DNA from: Lachnospiraceae bacterium UBA3310
GTDB lineage: Bacteria > Bacillota > Clostridia > Lachnospirales > Lachnospiraceae
Direction of reading: 5' to 3'
Length of the DNA: 64,000 nucleotides
Assembly: GCA_002361355.1 (NCBI GenBank)
Contig: DESQ01000029.1
Span: forward strand, 21,141 to 85,140
The position numbers and the translations under genes were made by a program. Below, piece after piece: positions 9,956 to 20,328 of this stretch (position 1 is its first letter; the number at the start of each line of letters is the position of its first letter). The notes beneath the pieces are model-generated. The model saw nothing but the letters and a program-made list of their open reading frames with translations, made no database searches and was not told where the DNA came from.

Positions 9956-11308
9956 ATGAAGTTTCTTGATTTGCTGCGGATGAGCAGCAGTAACCTCTGG
10001 AAAAGAAAAGTGCGGACGGTTCTGACGGTGCTTGGCGTGGTGATCGGTGTGGCTTCCATTGTGGTGATGGTATCTCTTGGATTGGGACTTAGCCGGTCTT
10101 TGATGGAGCAGTACGAGTCCTATGGAAGCCTCACGCAGATCGAGGTGAATGAGCCCTGGGGTGATTCTTCTTCGGAGGAGATCAAACGTCTCGATCAGGC
10201 GTTAATCGACGAGATATCGGCGATGGAGTATGTGGAATCGGTCTATCCCGTGCTGCAGACGCAGGCGATTGCCAAATACGGCAGCTATGAAGCCTATTTA
10301 CAGATTCAGGGAATACCAAAGACCGCGTTTGCGGACATGGACATCAAGGTGGGGCAGGGAAGACTGCCGGGAGAGGATCAGACCTTAACTTTCTTTTATG
10401 GTTCTCAGGTTTTGCAGCAGTTCCAAAGCACCAAGGGAAACGGCGGCAGTTACTGGGAGACGGGGATTTTGCCGGACATTGATCTGATGAAGGATCCTAT
10501 TTTTGTGGTTTTTGATATGGACGCCTATTATGCGGCGGGTACGCCGGATGAAAACGGGCAGACGCAGAAACCGCCGAAGAAATATCTGATCGAGACCTGC
10601 GGCGTGGAGGAGACACCCGGCGAGGATGAGTGGACACGGTACGGCTGGCAGACCTTCTGCGATATCGAGCAGTTGGAGACGGAGTTAAAAAAGATTTTTA
10701 AAAATAAGGTCATTCCGGGCCAGCCTTCCACCAAGACAGGCAAGCCCTACAAAGAGATTTTTTATAATCAGCTTCTGGTGAATGTGGATGATATGGATCA
10801 TGTGGTTGCCCTGCAAAAGACGCTGCAGGATTTGGGATATGACGCTTACAGTCAGGCGGAATGGGTGGAATCCGAGCAAAAGACTATGGGCTATATCCAG
10901 GCGGTGCTTGGCGGCATTGGCGCCGTTTCGCTTTTTGTGGCGGCTATCGGCATCACCAATACGATGATGATGTCTATTTATGAGAGGACAAAGGAAATTG
11001 GCGTGATGAAAGTGCTGGGATGCGATCTTCGCAACATCCGCAGCCTGTTTTTGATGGAGGCCGGTTTTATTGGCTTTATCGGCGGCGTGATTGGCCTGAT
11101 TCTAAGTATTGTCCTGTCTGTTGTGATCAACAAAGTGGCGGTCGGCGCCAATGAGTATATGGGCACTACCAGCGGGATTTCCTATATTCCGATATGGCTT
11201 GCACTTTTATCGCTGGTGTTTGCGGTGATGGTGGGTATGGTGGCAGGCTTTTTCCCGGCAAGACGCGCGATGCGGTTGAGTCCGCTGGCGGCGATCCGGA
11301 ATGAATAG
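9956..11308 (+). CDS. MacB/FtsX-family ABC permease
   Basis: RTVLTVLGVVIGVASIV N-terminal TM, large extracellular domain, ERTKEIGVMK and PARRAMRLSP. Confidence 0.92.
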   Translation: MKFLDLLRMSSSNLWKRKVRTVLTVLGVVIGVASIVVMVSLGLGLSRSLMEQYESYGSLTQIEVNEPWGDSSSEEIKRLDQALIDEISAMEYVESVYPVLQTQAIAKYGSYEAYLQIQGIPKTAFADMDIKVGQGRLPGEDQTLTFFYGSQVLQQFQSTKGNGGSYWETGILPDIDLMKDPIFVVFDMDAYYAAGTPDENGQTQKPPKKYLIETCGVEETPGEDEWTRYGWQTFCDIEQLETELKKIFKNKVIPGQPSTKTGKPYKEIFYNQLLVNVDDMDHVVALQKTLQDLGYDAYSQAEWVESEQKTMGYIQAVLGGIGAVSLFVAAIGITNTMMMSIYERTKEIGVMKVLGCDLRNIRSLFLMEAGFIGFIGGVIGLILSIVLSVVINKVAVGANEYMGTTSGISYIPIWLALLSLVFAVMVGMVAGFFPARRAMRLSPLAAIRNE

Positions 11309-11331
11309 CGCCAAAAAAGAGGTAATGGTGT

Positions 11332-13669
<2,338 letters not shown>

Positions 13670-13679
13670 CAATTCAACA

Positions 13680-13712
13680 AAGCGCCTCTCTACAGGAGGT
13701 GGGGAGGCGCTT
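13680..13712 (+). terminator. Strong hairpin after eno
   Basis: AAGCGCCTCTCTAC-AGGAG-GTGGGGAGGCGCTT; weak U-tract. Confidence 0.55.
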
Positions 13713-13726
13713 GCGAAAGGAAAACG

Positions 13727-14233
13727 ATGAAGAAAATCGGTGTGTTATCAGATACCCACGGTAAGCTGCGGGAGGAGGTAATAGCGATCCTGCGGGAGTG
13801 CGACGCGATCCTTCACGCGGGAGACATCAATACCCTGCGTGTGCTTGAAAGCCTGCGGGAAATCGCTCCGCTCTATGTGGTCAGGGGAAACGCGGACAAG
13901 GAGTGGGCGGCGGATCTGCCGGAGAGCCTGTCGGAGGAAATCTTCGGGCTGCGGGTTTTCATGGTACATAATAAAAAAGAGATTCCTCAGGATGTAACGG
14001 GATATGATCTGGTTGTTTACGGGCACTCCCATAAATACGAGGAGAGGAAAGAGGAAAACTGCTTTTATCTGAATCCCGGAAGTTGCGGGCCGAGACGTTT
14101 TTCCCTGCCTGTGACCATGGCGGTGGTGGAGGTGGAAGAGAGATCGGAAGACGAAGGTGTAAGGGCGTTCCGGGTGATTAAAAAGGATATTGTGCAGGAT
14201 ACGGCGGCAGCGGGGCAGGAAAAAACGCGATAG
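13727..14233 (+). CDS. YfcE-family metallophosphoesterase
   Basis: SDTH, HAGD, RGNAD, GHSH and NPGS motifs. Confidence 0.92.
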   Translation: MKKIGVLSDTHGKLREEVIAILRECDAILHAGDINTLRVLESLREIAPLYVVRGNADKEWAADLPESLSEEIFGLRVFMVHNKKEIPQDVTGYDLVVYGHSHKYEERKEENCFYLNPGSCGPRRFSLPVTMAVVEVEERSEDEGVRAFRVIKKDIVQDTAAAGQEKTR

Positions 14234-14369
14234 AAGATGGCGATGCCGAAAGACAGGTAGAACCCTCTTTCTTGTCAAACGCCCCGTAAAATGCTATTAT
14301 TTTTTCGATGTGTATGCTATATGCCAAGGCTACAAATATTTTTTAGGAAAGGTTTCAGACGGGAACGTC

Positions 14370-15839
14370 ATGCAGATTATAAAGAGTAATAAAACACAGT
14401 TTGAGTACGACATTCAGGCGCTGTTAAAATCCTTTTATCCGGAGTGGGAGCCTCATATGCTTGCGCCGGATTCAGAGATCAGGGACAGAAGGATTCTGGA
14501 AGGCGAACCGGTGATGGAATTGTATTTTGGCGAGACGGAAGTAACGCTAAAGATGCTGGGCGGGATACCGGATTCCTCGCAAGATAATGGTTTATATACG
14601 TGGTATCCGAAAGAGATGCCCGGCACTCCGGAATACAAGAATGCTTTCAAGCGTTTTTTCTATGTTTCGCTATGTAAAGAGACAGGAACGACTCTCCCCT
14701 GGGGCAACTTGACAGGCATCCGCCCCACAAAGATTGCCATGACTATGATGGAGCAGGGAAAAAGCGAGGAGGAGACGGCCGATTTTTTGAAGGAAATGCA
14801 TCTGGTGAGTGAGGAGAAGACAGCGCTTGCTATAGAGATTGCCGGAAGAGAGCAAAAAATTTTAAGCACCCTTCATTATGAGAACGGTTACAGCCTCTAT
14901 GTGGGGATTCCTTTTTGCCCCACCACCTGCCTGTACTGTTCTTTTACCTCTTACCCCATTGGCGCGTGGAAAAAGAGGGTGGGAGATTATCTGGCGGCGT
15001 TGGAGAAGGAGATCGACGCGACGGCTCTACTCTTTCAGGGTAAAATACTGGATACCGTATACATTGGCGGCGGTACGCCCACTTCCCTGTCGGCGGCGGA
15101 ACTGGAACGGCTGCTTAAAAAGCTTCGGGACGCTTTTGATTTCAGTACAGTGCAGGAATTTACGGTGGAGGCTGGGAGAGCGGACAGCATTACGGAGGAA
15201 AAGCTTAAGGTACTTTTTGAAAACGGCGTGACAAGAATCTCCGTCAATCCCCAGACCATGAAGCAGGAAACCCTTGACCTGATTGGCAGACGGCACACGG
15301 TGGAGCAGGTGAAGGAGGCATTTCATCTGGCGCGACGGGCGGGATTCACCAATATCAACATGGATATCATTCTGGGCCTTCCCGGGGAGACGGCGGCGGA
15401 TGTGAGACATACGATAGAGGAGATTCAGGCGCTTGGGCCGGATGCGCTGACGGTGCATTCCCTGGCGGTGAAAAGGGCTTCCAAACTGGGACGGTGGATT
15501 GAGGAAAACGGAGCCACGGCCTACAATAACACGGAAGAAATTATGGAGATCGCGGCTAAAGGCGCGGCGGATATGGACATGACGCCTTATTATCTTTACC
15601 GGCAAAAAAATATGTCGGGCAATTTTGAGAACGTGGGATACTCCATGCGGGATAAATACGGCATTTACAATATCCTGATCAATGAGGAGAAACAGACTAT
15701 CGCTGCTCTCGGTGCGGGGTCTATCACGAAGGGCGTTTTCCCGGACGACAGGATCGAGCGGTGCGAGAATGTGAAGGACGTTGCGCAGTACATAGAGCGG
15801 ATTGACGAGATGATCGGGAGGAAGAGGCGGCTGCTGTAG
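14370..15839 (+). CDS. hemZ: HemZ radical SAM protein (coproporphyrinogen dehydrogenase-like)
   Basis: LPWGNLTGIRPTK, CPTTCLYC and PYYLYRQKN; upstream TTGTCA-17 bp-TATTAT promoter. Confidence 0.92.
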   Translation: MQIIKSNKTQFEYDIQALLKSFYPEWEPHMLAPDSEIRDRRILEGEPVMELYFGETEVTLKMLGGIPDSSQDNGLYTWYPKEMPGTPEYKNAFKRFFYVSLCKETGTTLPWGNLTGIRPTKIAMTMMEQGKSEEETADFLKEMHLVSEEKTALAIEIAGREQKILSTLHYENGYSLYVGIPFCPTTCLYCSFTSYPIGAWKKRVGDYLAALEKEIDATALLFQGKILDTVYIGGGTPTSLSAAELERLLKKLRDAFDFSTVQEFTVEAGRADSITEEKLKVLFENGVTRISVNPQTMKQETLDLIGRRHTVEQVKEAFHLARRAGFTNINMDIILGLPGETAADVRHTIEEIQALGPDALTVHSLAVKRASKLGRWIEENGATAYNNTEEIMEIAAKGAADMDMTPYYLYRQKNMSGNFENVGYSMRDKYGIYNILINEEKQTIAALGAGSITKGVFPDDRIERCENVKDVAQYIERIDEMIGRKRRLL

Positions 15840-15841
15840 AA

Positions 15842-16048
15842 TTATCTTCTCTGTTGTTTTAATGATTCGTTTTCGGCAAGGAGCTGTTTGATCAAGGCAT
15901 CCTTTTCCGCGATCACTCTCTCGTAGTTGCGCAGATCCTGATAATATTCCTCACGGTCACGACAATGTTTGCGAACCAGATCATCTGCGCTCATGCGGAA
16001 TATGGTTTCGGATGCTTCCTGCAAATATTCGTTCTTGGATGCCAGCAT
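15842..16048 (-). CDS. Putative intragenic in-frame small protein (RpnS-like antitoxin), 68 aa
   Basis: GGGAGGAG then 6 nt then ATG inside rpn (codons W-E-E-I-K-M). Confidence 0.6.
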   Translation of the reverse strand: MLASKNEYLQEASETIFRMSADDLVRKHCRDREEYYQDLRNYERVIAEKDALIKQLLAENESLKQQRR

Positions 16049-16651
16049 TTTGATCTCCTCCCAAGTAGTGGCTTTAAAAAGCATTGCCCACTCATGAATA
16101 TGATATTTTCTGTCTTCATCGGTTGCCAGATGTATATGAGATAAGTCTATCACATTCAGAGTAAGACTGTCACTATATTTTTGATGATTTTTAACGTTTA
16201 TCAGTTTATATGTAGCATAAAACTCAGGGTTGTCTTCAAACAGAGTGTAATCCAGAAAACCGATATGTATGACAGGGTTTGCGTCTGTGTAAGTTTGACC
16301 GTGATTCAGTTGATCGAAAGAGCGGCATAAATACATGATGGAGCGGTTTTGCCAGTTTAGTTTGTTGGCGATCTGCATTTCCAGATTAATCAGTATATGA
16401 TTATTTAGAACCACATTAATATCTAACCGGAATTCTTTATCTGTAATAGCTTCTCCTAAAATAATGGGATTAGTAATCTCGACAGAAGTTACTCTGGATG
16501 CGGAAAGATGGAGCAGAGAACAGATCAGCCCACGCAAAACTTTATTGCTGGATTGCAGGACAGCACGAAACATGTAGTCGTTTGTCATGCCGTAAGGGAT
16601 TTCACCATGTGCGTTGTGTAAATTTGTAAAGGTTTCCGGAGTAGGTTTCAT
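15842..16651 (-). CDS. Rpn-family (PD-(D/E)XK nuclease / putative transposase) protein
   Basis: NDYMF, FRLDI...INLEMQ and R-x-x-x-Y motifs; coiled-coil C-tail; lower GC than its neighbours. Confidence 0.9.
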   Translation of the reverse strand: MKPTPETFTNLHNAHGEIPYGMTNDYMFRAVLQSSNKVLRGLICSLLHLSASRVTSVEITNPIILGEAITDKEFRLDINVVLNNHILINLEMQIANKLNWQNRSIMYLCRSFDQLNHGQTYTDANPVIHIGFLDYTLFEDNPEFYATYKLINVKNHQKYSDSLTLNVIDLSHIHLATDEDRKYHIHEWAMLFKATTWEEIKMLASKNEYLQEASETIFRMSADDLVRKHCRDREEYYQDLRNYERVIAEKDALIKQLLAENESLKQQRR

Positions 16652-16787
16652 AGATATGCTTTCCTTTCATGATTGATTGACGCGGCATTGGATCAAAAGA
16701 GAATGCTTCTCGCTTTTGCCGTGAGAAATGCAGGAGCATGGCTCCGTAGATGTAACAGAAAAAAGAAATGAAGTTTCTTCTGCAATA

Positions 16788-16816
16788 GATATATCACAAA
16801 AGACAGATGGAGTCAA
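16788..16816 (-). promoter_or_regulatory. Sigma-A promoter of rpn
   Basis: Minus strand TTGACT-17 bp-TATATC with an extended TG. Confidence 0.6.
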
Positions 16817-17064
16817 AATGTTTTAAAAGACAATGCGGAGAAAAGTGAAAGATGAAATACCGTTTATTAAAATTTTATGGGCATATCTTGACAGGAGAAG
16901 TGAGTTATAAAGGGGAAAATACAATATATGGTATTGTGCAGTTCTTACATAAACTTTGATAATAAAGACATTTAGAACAAAGCTATTTCAAAGGAATGAT
17001 TGCCGGATGGAAGTGAATGTGAGAAAATAAATATGAAAATATTGTGAGGTAGGAGGAATTCAGT

Positions 17065-17748
17065 ATGCAGTACAGAATTATCGGAGACACGATGCCGGCG
17101 GTGGAGGTTATGTTTGACGCGCCGGGAGAGGCCATGTATACGCAGTCGGGCGGCATGGCGTGGATGACGGAGGGGATTTCCATGGACTCCAACATGAAGG
17201 GCGGTCTGGGAAAAAGTATCGGCAGAATGTTCTCGGGAGAATCCTTGTTTATGGCGACCTACAGAGCGGAGCGCGCGGGCAGCATGATCGCCTTTGCCTC
17301 CACGGTGGCGGGCGAGGTGCTACCTGTCGATGTGGGAGCCTGCGGCGGTATGATCTGCCAGAAGGGAGCGTTTCTCTGCGCGCAGGAGACGGTGAACCTG
17401 AACGTGGCGTTTACGAAGAAGTTTTCCGCCGGATTATTCGGCGGCGAGGGTTTTATTTTGCAGGATATCAACGGAAGCGGCATGGTGTTTCTTGAGATCG
17501 ACGGCAATAAGGTGGAGAAAACCCTTGCGCCGGGCGAAGTGCTCAAGGTGGATACGGGAAACGTGGTGGCTTTTGAAAAAACCGTGCAGTATGACATCGA
17601 GACGGTAAAGGGACTGAAAAATATCTTCCTGGGCGGCGAGGGGTTGTTTTTAACAAAGCTGACCGGGCCGGGAAAAGTGATACTCCAGACGCAAAACTTC
17701 AATGAGTTCGCGGGGCGGATTATCAGGATGGTGCCGTCGTCGAGATAA
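17065..17748 (+). CDS. TIGR00266 / AIM24 family protein
   Basis: GGMAWM, FSGESLF, CQKGAFL and repeated FGGEG(F/L)F motifs; AGGAGG RBS. Confidence 0.92.
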   Translation: MQYRIIGDTMPAVEVMFDAPGEAMYTQSGGMAWMTEGISMDSNMKGGLGKSIGRMFSGESLFMATYRAERAGSMIAFASTVAGEVLPVDVGACGGMICQKGAFLCAQETVNLNVAFTKKFSAGLFGGEGFILQDINGSGMVFLEIDGNKVEKTLAPGEVLKVDTGNVVAFEKTVQYDIETVKGLKNIFLGGEGLFLTKLTGPGKVILQTQNFNEFAGRIIRMVPSSR

Positions 17749-17800
17749 CAAAAGAACGGAGCGATATCGCGTTCCGGTTTTATCAGATGATACATATAAC

Positions 17801-17850
17801 GGGGCAAGGAAGAGAAAGCCGGCGGCTTTTTTGACCTTGTCCTGTTTTTT
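17801..17850 (+). terminator. Intrinsic terminator after the TIGR00266 gene
   Basis: GGGGCAAGG..AAAGCC-GGC-GGCTTT..CCTTGTCCT followed by a T-run. Confidence 0.65.
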
Positions 17851-17875
17851 GTTTTCCGTATCCTTTCCTTTTCTG

Positions 17876-17932
17876 TTGACAAGGTACATCTATTTCTGTA
17901 AAATAGTTATTGACCATAGGTCAATAACTATT
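17876..17932 (+). promoter_or_regulatory. Sigma-A promoter with an overlapping TetR operator
   Basis: TTGACA-17 bp-TAAAAT; perfect 14-bp inverted repeat AATAGTTATTGACC-ATA-GGTCAATAACTATT (17902-17932). Confidence 0.88.
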
Positions 17933-17950
17933 GAAGGGAGGACGGGAACG

Positions 17951-18601
17951 TTGGCAAGACCAGTGAAAAAACAACCGGAACAGTGGAAAAGGGAAATGAT
18001 AAATGCGGCGAAGGAACTCTTTTTGACGAAAGGGTATGAGGAAACCTCAGTTGCAGATATTATGGAGCGGGCAGGCGGAGCCAAGGGGATGTTTTACCGC
18101 TTTTTTCAGAGCAAGGAGGAGATTCTGCATGCGCTGGGAGATCAGATGTTTTTGGAAAACAATCCCTTTGAGGCGGTAAGAGGGCGCTCCGATCTGAACG
18201 GGCTGCAGAAAATCCGTGAAGTGCTTGCTGTTGACAGAGCCGACAAGGAGCGGGAAAAGATCAATACACAGGCAGTTGGAATTCTGAAAGACCCGCGTAT
18301 TCTGGCGGCTGCGGTGGAGGCCAACAGACGGGTGCTGACGCCCCTGTGGTTTGAGTTAATCGAGGAGGGGCGACGGGACGGTTCTATCCGAACGGAATAT
18401 GCAAAAGAACTTTCCGAGCTGCTTCCGCTGATTAATTTCTGGCTGATGCCGTCCGTGTTTCCGGCAAATGGGGAGGAAATCCTGCATAAGTGTCAGTTTG
18501 TTTCAAGAGCGCTCTCCGCGATGGGGCTTCCCATCATGGAGGACGGGATGTGCGAGCGGGACAAGAAACTCATGGGGAAGTATCAAGAGGAGGGAGAGTA
18601 G
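17951..18601 (+). CDS. TetR/AcrR family regulator
   Basis: AAKELFLTKGYEETSVADIMERAGGAKGMFYRFFQSKEEI HTH; TTG start after GGGAGG. Confidence 0.92.
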   Translation: MARPVKKQPEQWKREMINAAKELFLTKGYEETSVADIMERAGGAKGMFYRFFQSKEEILHALGDQMFLENNPFEAVRGRSDLNGLQKIREVLAVDRADKEREKINTQAVGILKDPRILAAAVEANRRVLTPLWFELIEEGRRDGSIRTEYAKELSELLPLINFWLMPSVFPANGEEILHKCQFVSRALSAMGLPIMEDGMCERDKKLMGKYQEEGE

Positions 18602-18604
18602 CGG

Positions 18605-19837
18605 ATGAAAGAGAAACTGTTTACGAAAAACTTTACACTCCTTGTCATGGGGCAGGCAAGCTCCCTGTTTGGCAACTATATATTGCGCTTGGCGCTTTCT
18701 ATGTATGTGTTGGAGACAACCGGCTCGGCAGCCGTGTTTGCAGGCATTCTCTCTGTAGCGGCAATCCCGGCTATCCTGCTTTCTCCGTTGGGCGGCATTT
18801 TGGCTGACCGGGCGGATAGGAGGAATATCATGGTGGCGTTGGATGCGCTGACAGGGCTTTCCGTTTTTTGTGCCGCCGTCATTTTGCCCGGAAAGCATGC
18901 GCTGTTTGTGATCGGCACATTGCTTGTCGTGCTTTCCGTTTTCGGGGCCTTTGAGACGCCCACGGTACAGGCGTGTATTCCGCAAATGCTGACGGGAGAC
19001 AATATTATCAGGGGTAATGCTGTTGTGAATCAGGTGGCGTCAGTCTCCTATCTGACGGCGCCGTTATTGGGCGGCATCCTGTATGCGGCAGTAGGTTTAA
19101 AGTCGGTAATGTTTGCGAGTGTTGTCTGTTTTTTCGCTACAGCGTCGTTTGAATGGTTTATCAAGTTGGGTCGTCAGCCAGAGCGCGGGCGGGGAAGACT
19201 TTTGGCAATGGTAAAGAACGATTTTTCAGACAGCGTCCGTTTTATGACAAAGGAGCGGCCGGAGATCATGAAGCTCCTTTTGCTGGCAGCTCTTTCCCGT
19301 TTCTTTGTCATGGGAATTGCGATGGTGGGCATTCCTTTTATCGTGCGCTCGATTCTGGGATTGGATGCAAGATATTACGGCGGAGCGGAAAGCGCGCTGG
19401 CGGTTGCGACTATTTTAGGAAGCGTTGGGGCGGGACTTCTCACGGGAAAAATGAAGAATGAAAAATTGTGGCTTGTGCTTGCGGCAATCGGTATTTGTAT
19501 CATTCCCGCAGGATTTGTATTTTTGTTTCCGCTAGGAGCGGTTTTCAGATATGTGGTAAATGTGGCTGCTTTTTGCGGGATGCAGGCGGCAATCAGTATT
19601 TTTTCTATTTTCGCGGTGTCCATGATCCAGCAGAATACGCCGGATCATCTGCTAGGCAAGGTGATGGCCTACACCTCCGCCATTACCATGTGCGCGCAGC
19701 CGGTGGGGCAGATGGTTTATGGATTTTTGTTTGACGGATGCAGGGAGGCGGTTTTTCTGGTGCTGATTCCTACCGGGGTGATTGTGGCGGTGATCGGCGT
19801 GGGAGCGAGGCGGGTTTTTGGGAGGATGGAGCAATAA
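18605..19837 (+). CDS. MFS transporter (DHA3/MefA-like efflux)
   Basis: About 12 TM helices, motif A GGILADRADRR, downstream of TetR. Confidence 0.9.
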   Translation: MKEKLFTKNFTLLVMGQASSLFGNYILRLALSMYVLETTGSAAVFAGILSVAAIPAILLSPLGGILADRADRRNIMVALDALTGLSVFCAAVILPGKHALFVIGTLLVVLSVFGAFETPTVQACIPQMLTGDNIIRGNAVVNQVASVSYLTAPLLGGILYAAVGLKSVMFASVVCFFATASFEWFIKLGRQPERGRGRLLAMVKNDFSDSVRFMTKERPEIMKLLLLAALSRFFVMGIAMVGIPFIVRSILGLDARYYGGAESALAVATILGSVGAGLLTGKMKNEKLWLVLAAIGICIIPAGFVFLFPLGAVFRYVVNVAAFCGMQAAISIFSIFAVSMIQQNTPDHLLGKVMAYTSAITMCAQPVGQMVYGFLFDGCREAVFLVLIPTGVIVAVIGVGARRVFGRMEQ

Positions 19838-19847
19838 GGAGTGTTGT

Positions 19848-19889
19848 AAAAAACTACTTTAAAGTATACTACTTGTAAGTAGTTTTTTT
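19848..19889. terminator. Bidirectional terminator-like inverted repeat
   Basis: AAAAAACTACTT...AAGTAGTTTTTT. Confidence 0.6.
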
Positions 19890-20175
19890 GACTTTGGGAC
19901 TGGGCAGTTTGAGTGTAAAATTTGAAGATGTTAGAAATCTTTTTATTGAGAATTGATAAAGAGACAAAGAGAAGATATCGTTGTTGTGTTTGTGCTGTAT
20001 TTAGATTATAATATTTTACGAAGTATAGATAAATGATTTGCTAATAAACAGTATTGTAGAGAAATTGAATTGGTCTGAATAAAGTGCGGTGATATAGGAG
20101 TTATGAAATGGGGTTTTTTAGATGGTTCGATAGAAAAAGAAATAAAAAATCAATATGATGATGACTCATCCCATC

Positions 20176-20204
20176 TTGAAAAACCTTCCAAAAGAGTGTA
20201 AAAT
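20176..20204 (+). promoter_or_regulatory. Sigma-A promoter of hisS-aspS
   Basis: TTGAAA-17 bp-TAAAAT. Confidence 0.75.
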
Positions 20205-20226
20205 CTAACAAGCGTATCTATAAAGA

Positions 20227-20305
20227 GTCCTCGCGGCAATCGCCAATATACCCAAGTCAATCCATGGTTGACTTTAAGCAGTCATTTGGCTCGGTGCTCG
20301 CGGGC
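20227..20305 (+). ncRNA. Candidate structured leader RNA of hisS-aspS (not a T-box)
   Basis: Nested stems CGCGGCA/TGCTCGCG, GCCAA/TTGGC and AAGTCAATC/GGTTGACTT. Confidence 0.4.
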
Positions 20306-20328
20306 AAAAATATAAATTAGGAGGCATC

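Noticed and set aside
14190-14369. N-terminal extensions in the ORF track (hemZ here; also 3761, 7204, 17702, 26542, 30863, 37998, 40289)
   Set aside because: They overlap promoters or upstream genes; RBS positions and family N-termini point to later starts.
15842-16651. rpn as an IS element
   Set aside because: No terminal inverted repeats or target duplication are visible, and Rpn proteins are not established transposases.
16700-16730. GGCAAA in the rpn leader as a c-di-GMP-I riboswitch
   Set aside because: The following GNRA-capped stem and GACGCAAA motif are missing.
20205-20328. T-box, SRP RNA or full-length 6S RNA upstream of hisS
   Set aside because: No T-box or antiterminator motif, no SRP GGAA loop, and it is about half the length of a typical 6S RNA; kept only as an unknown structured leader.
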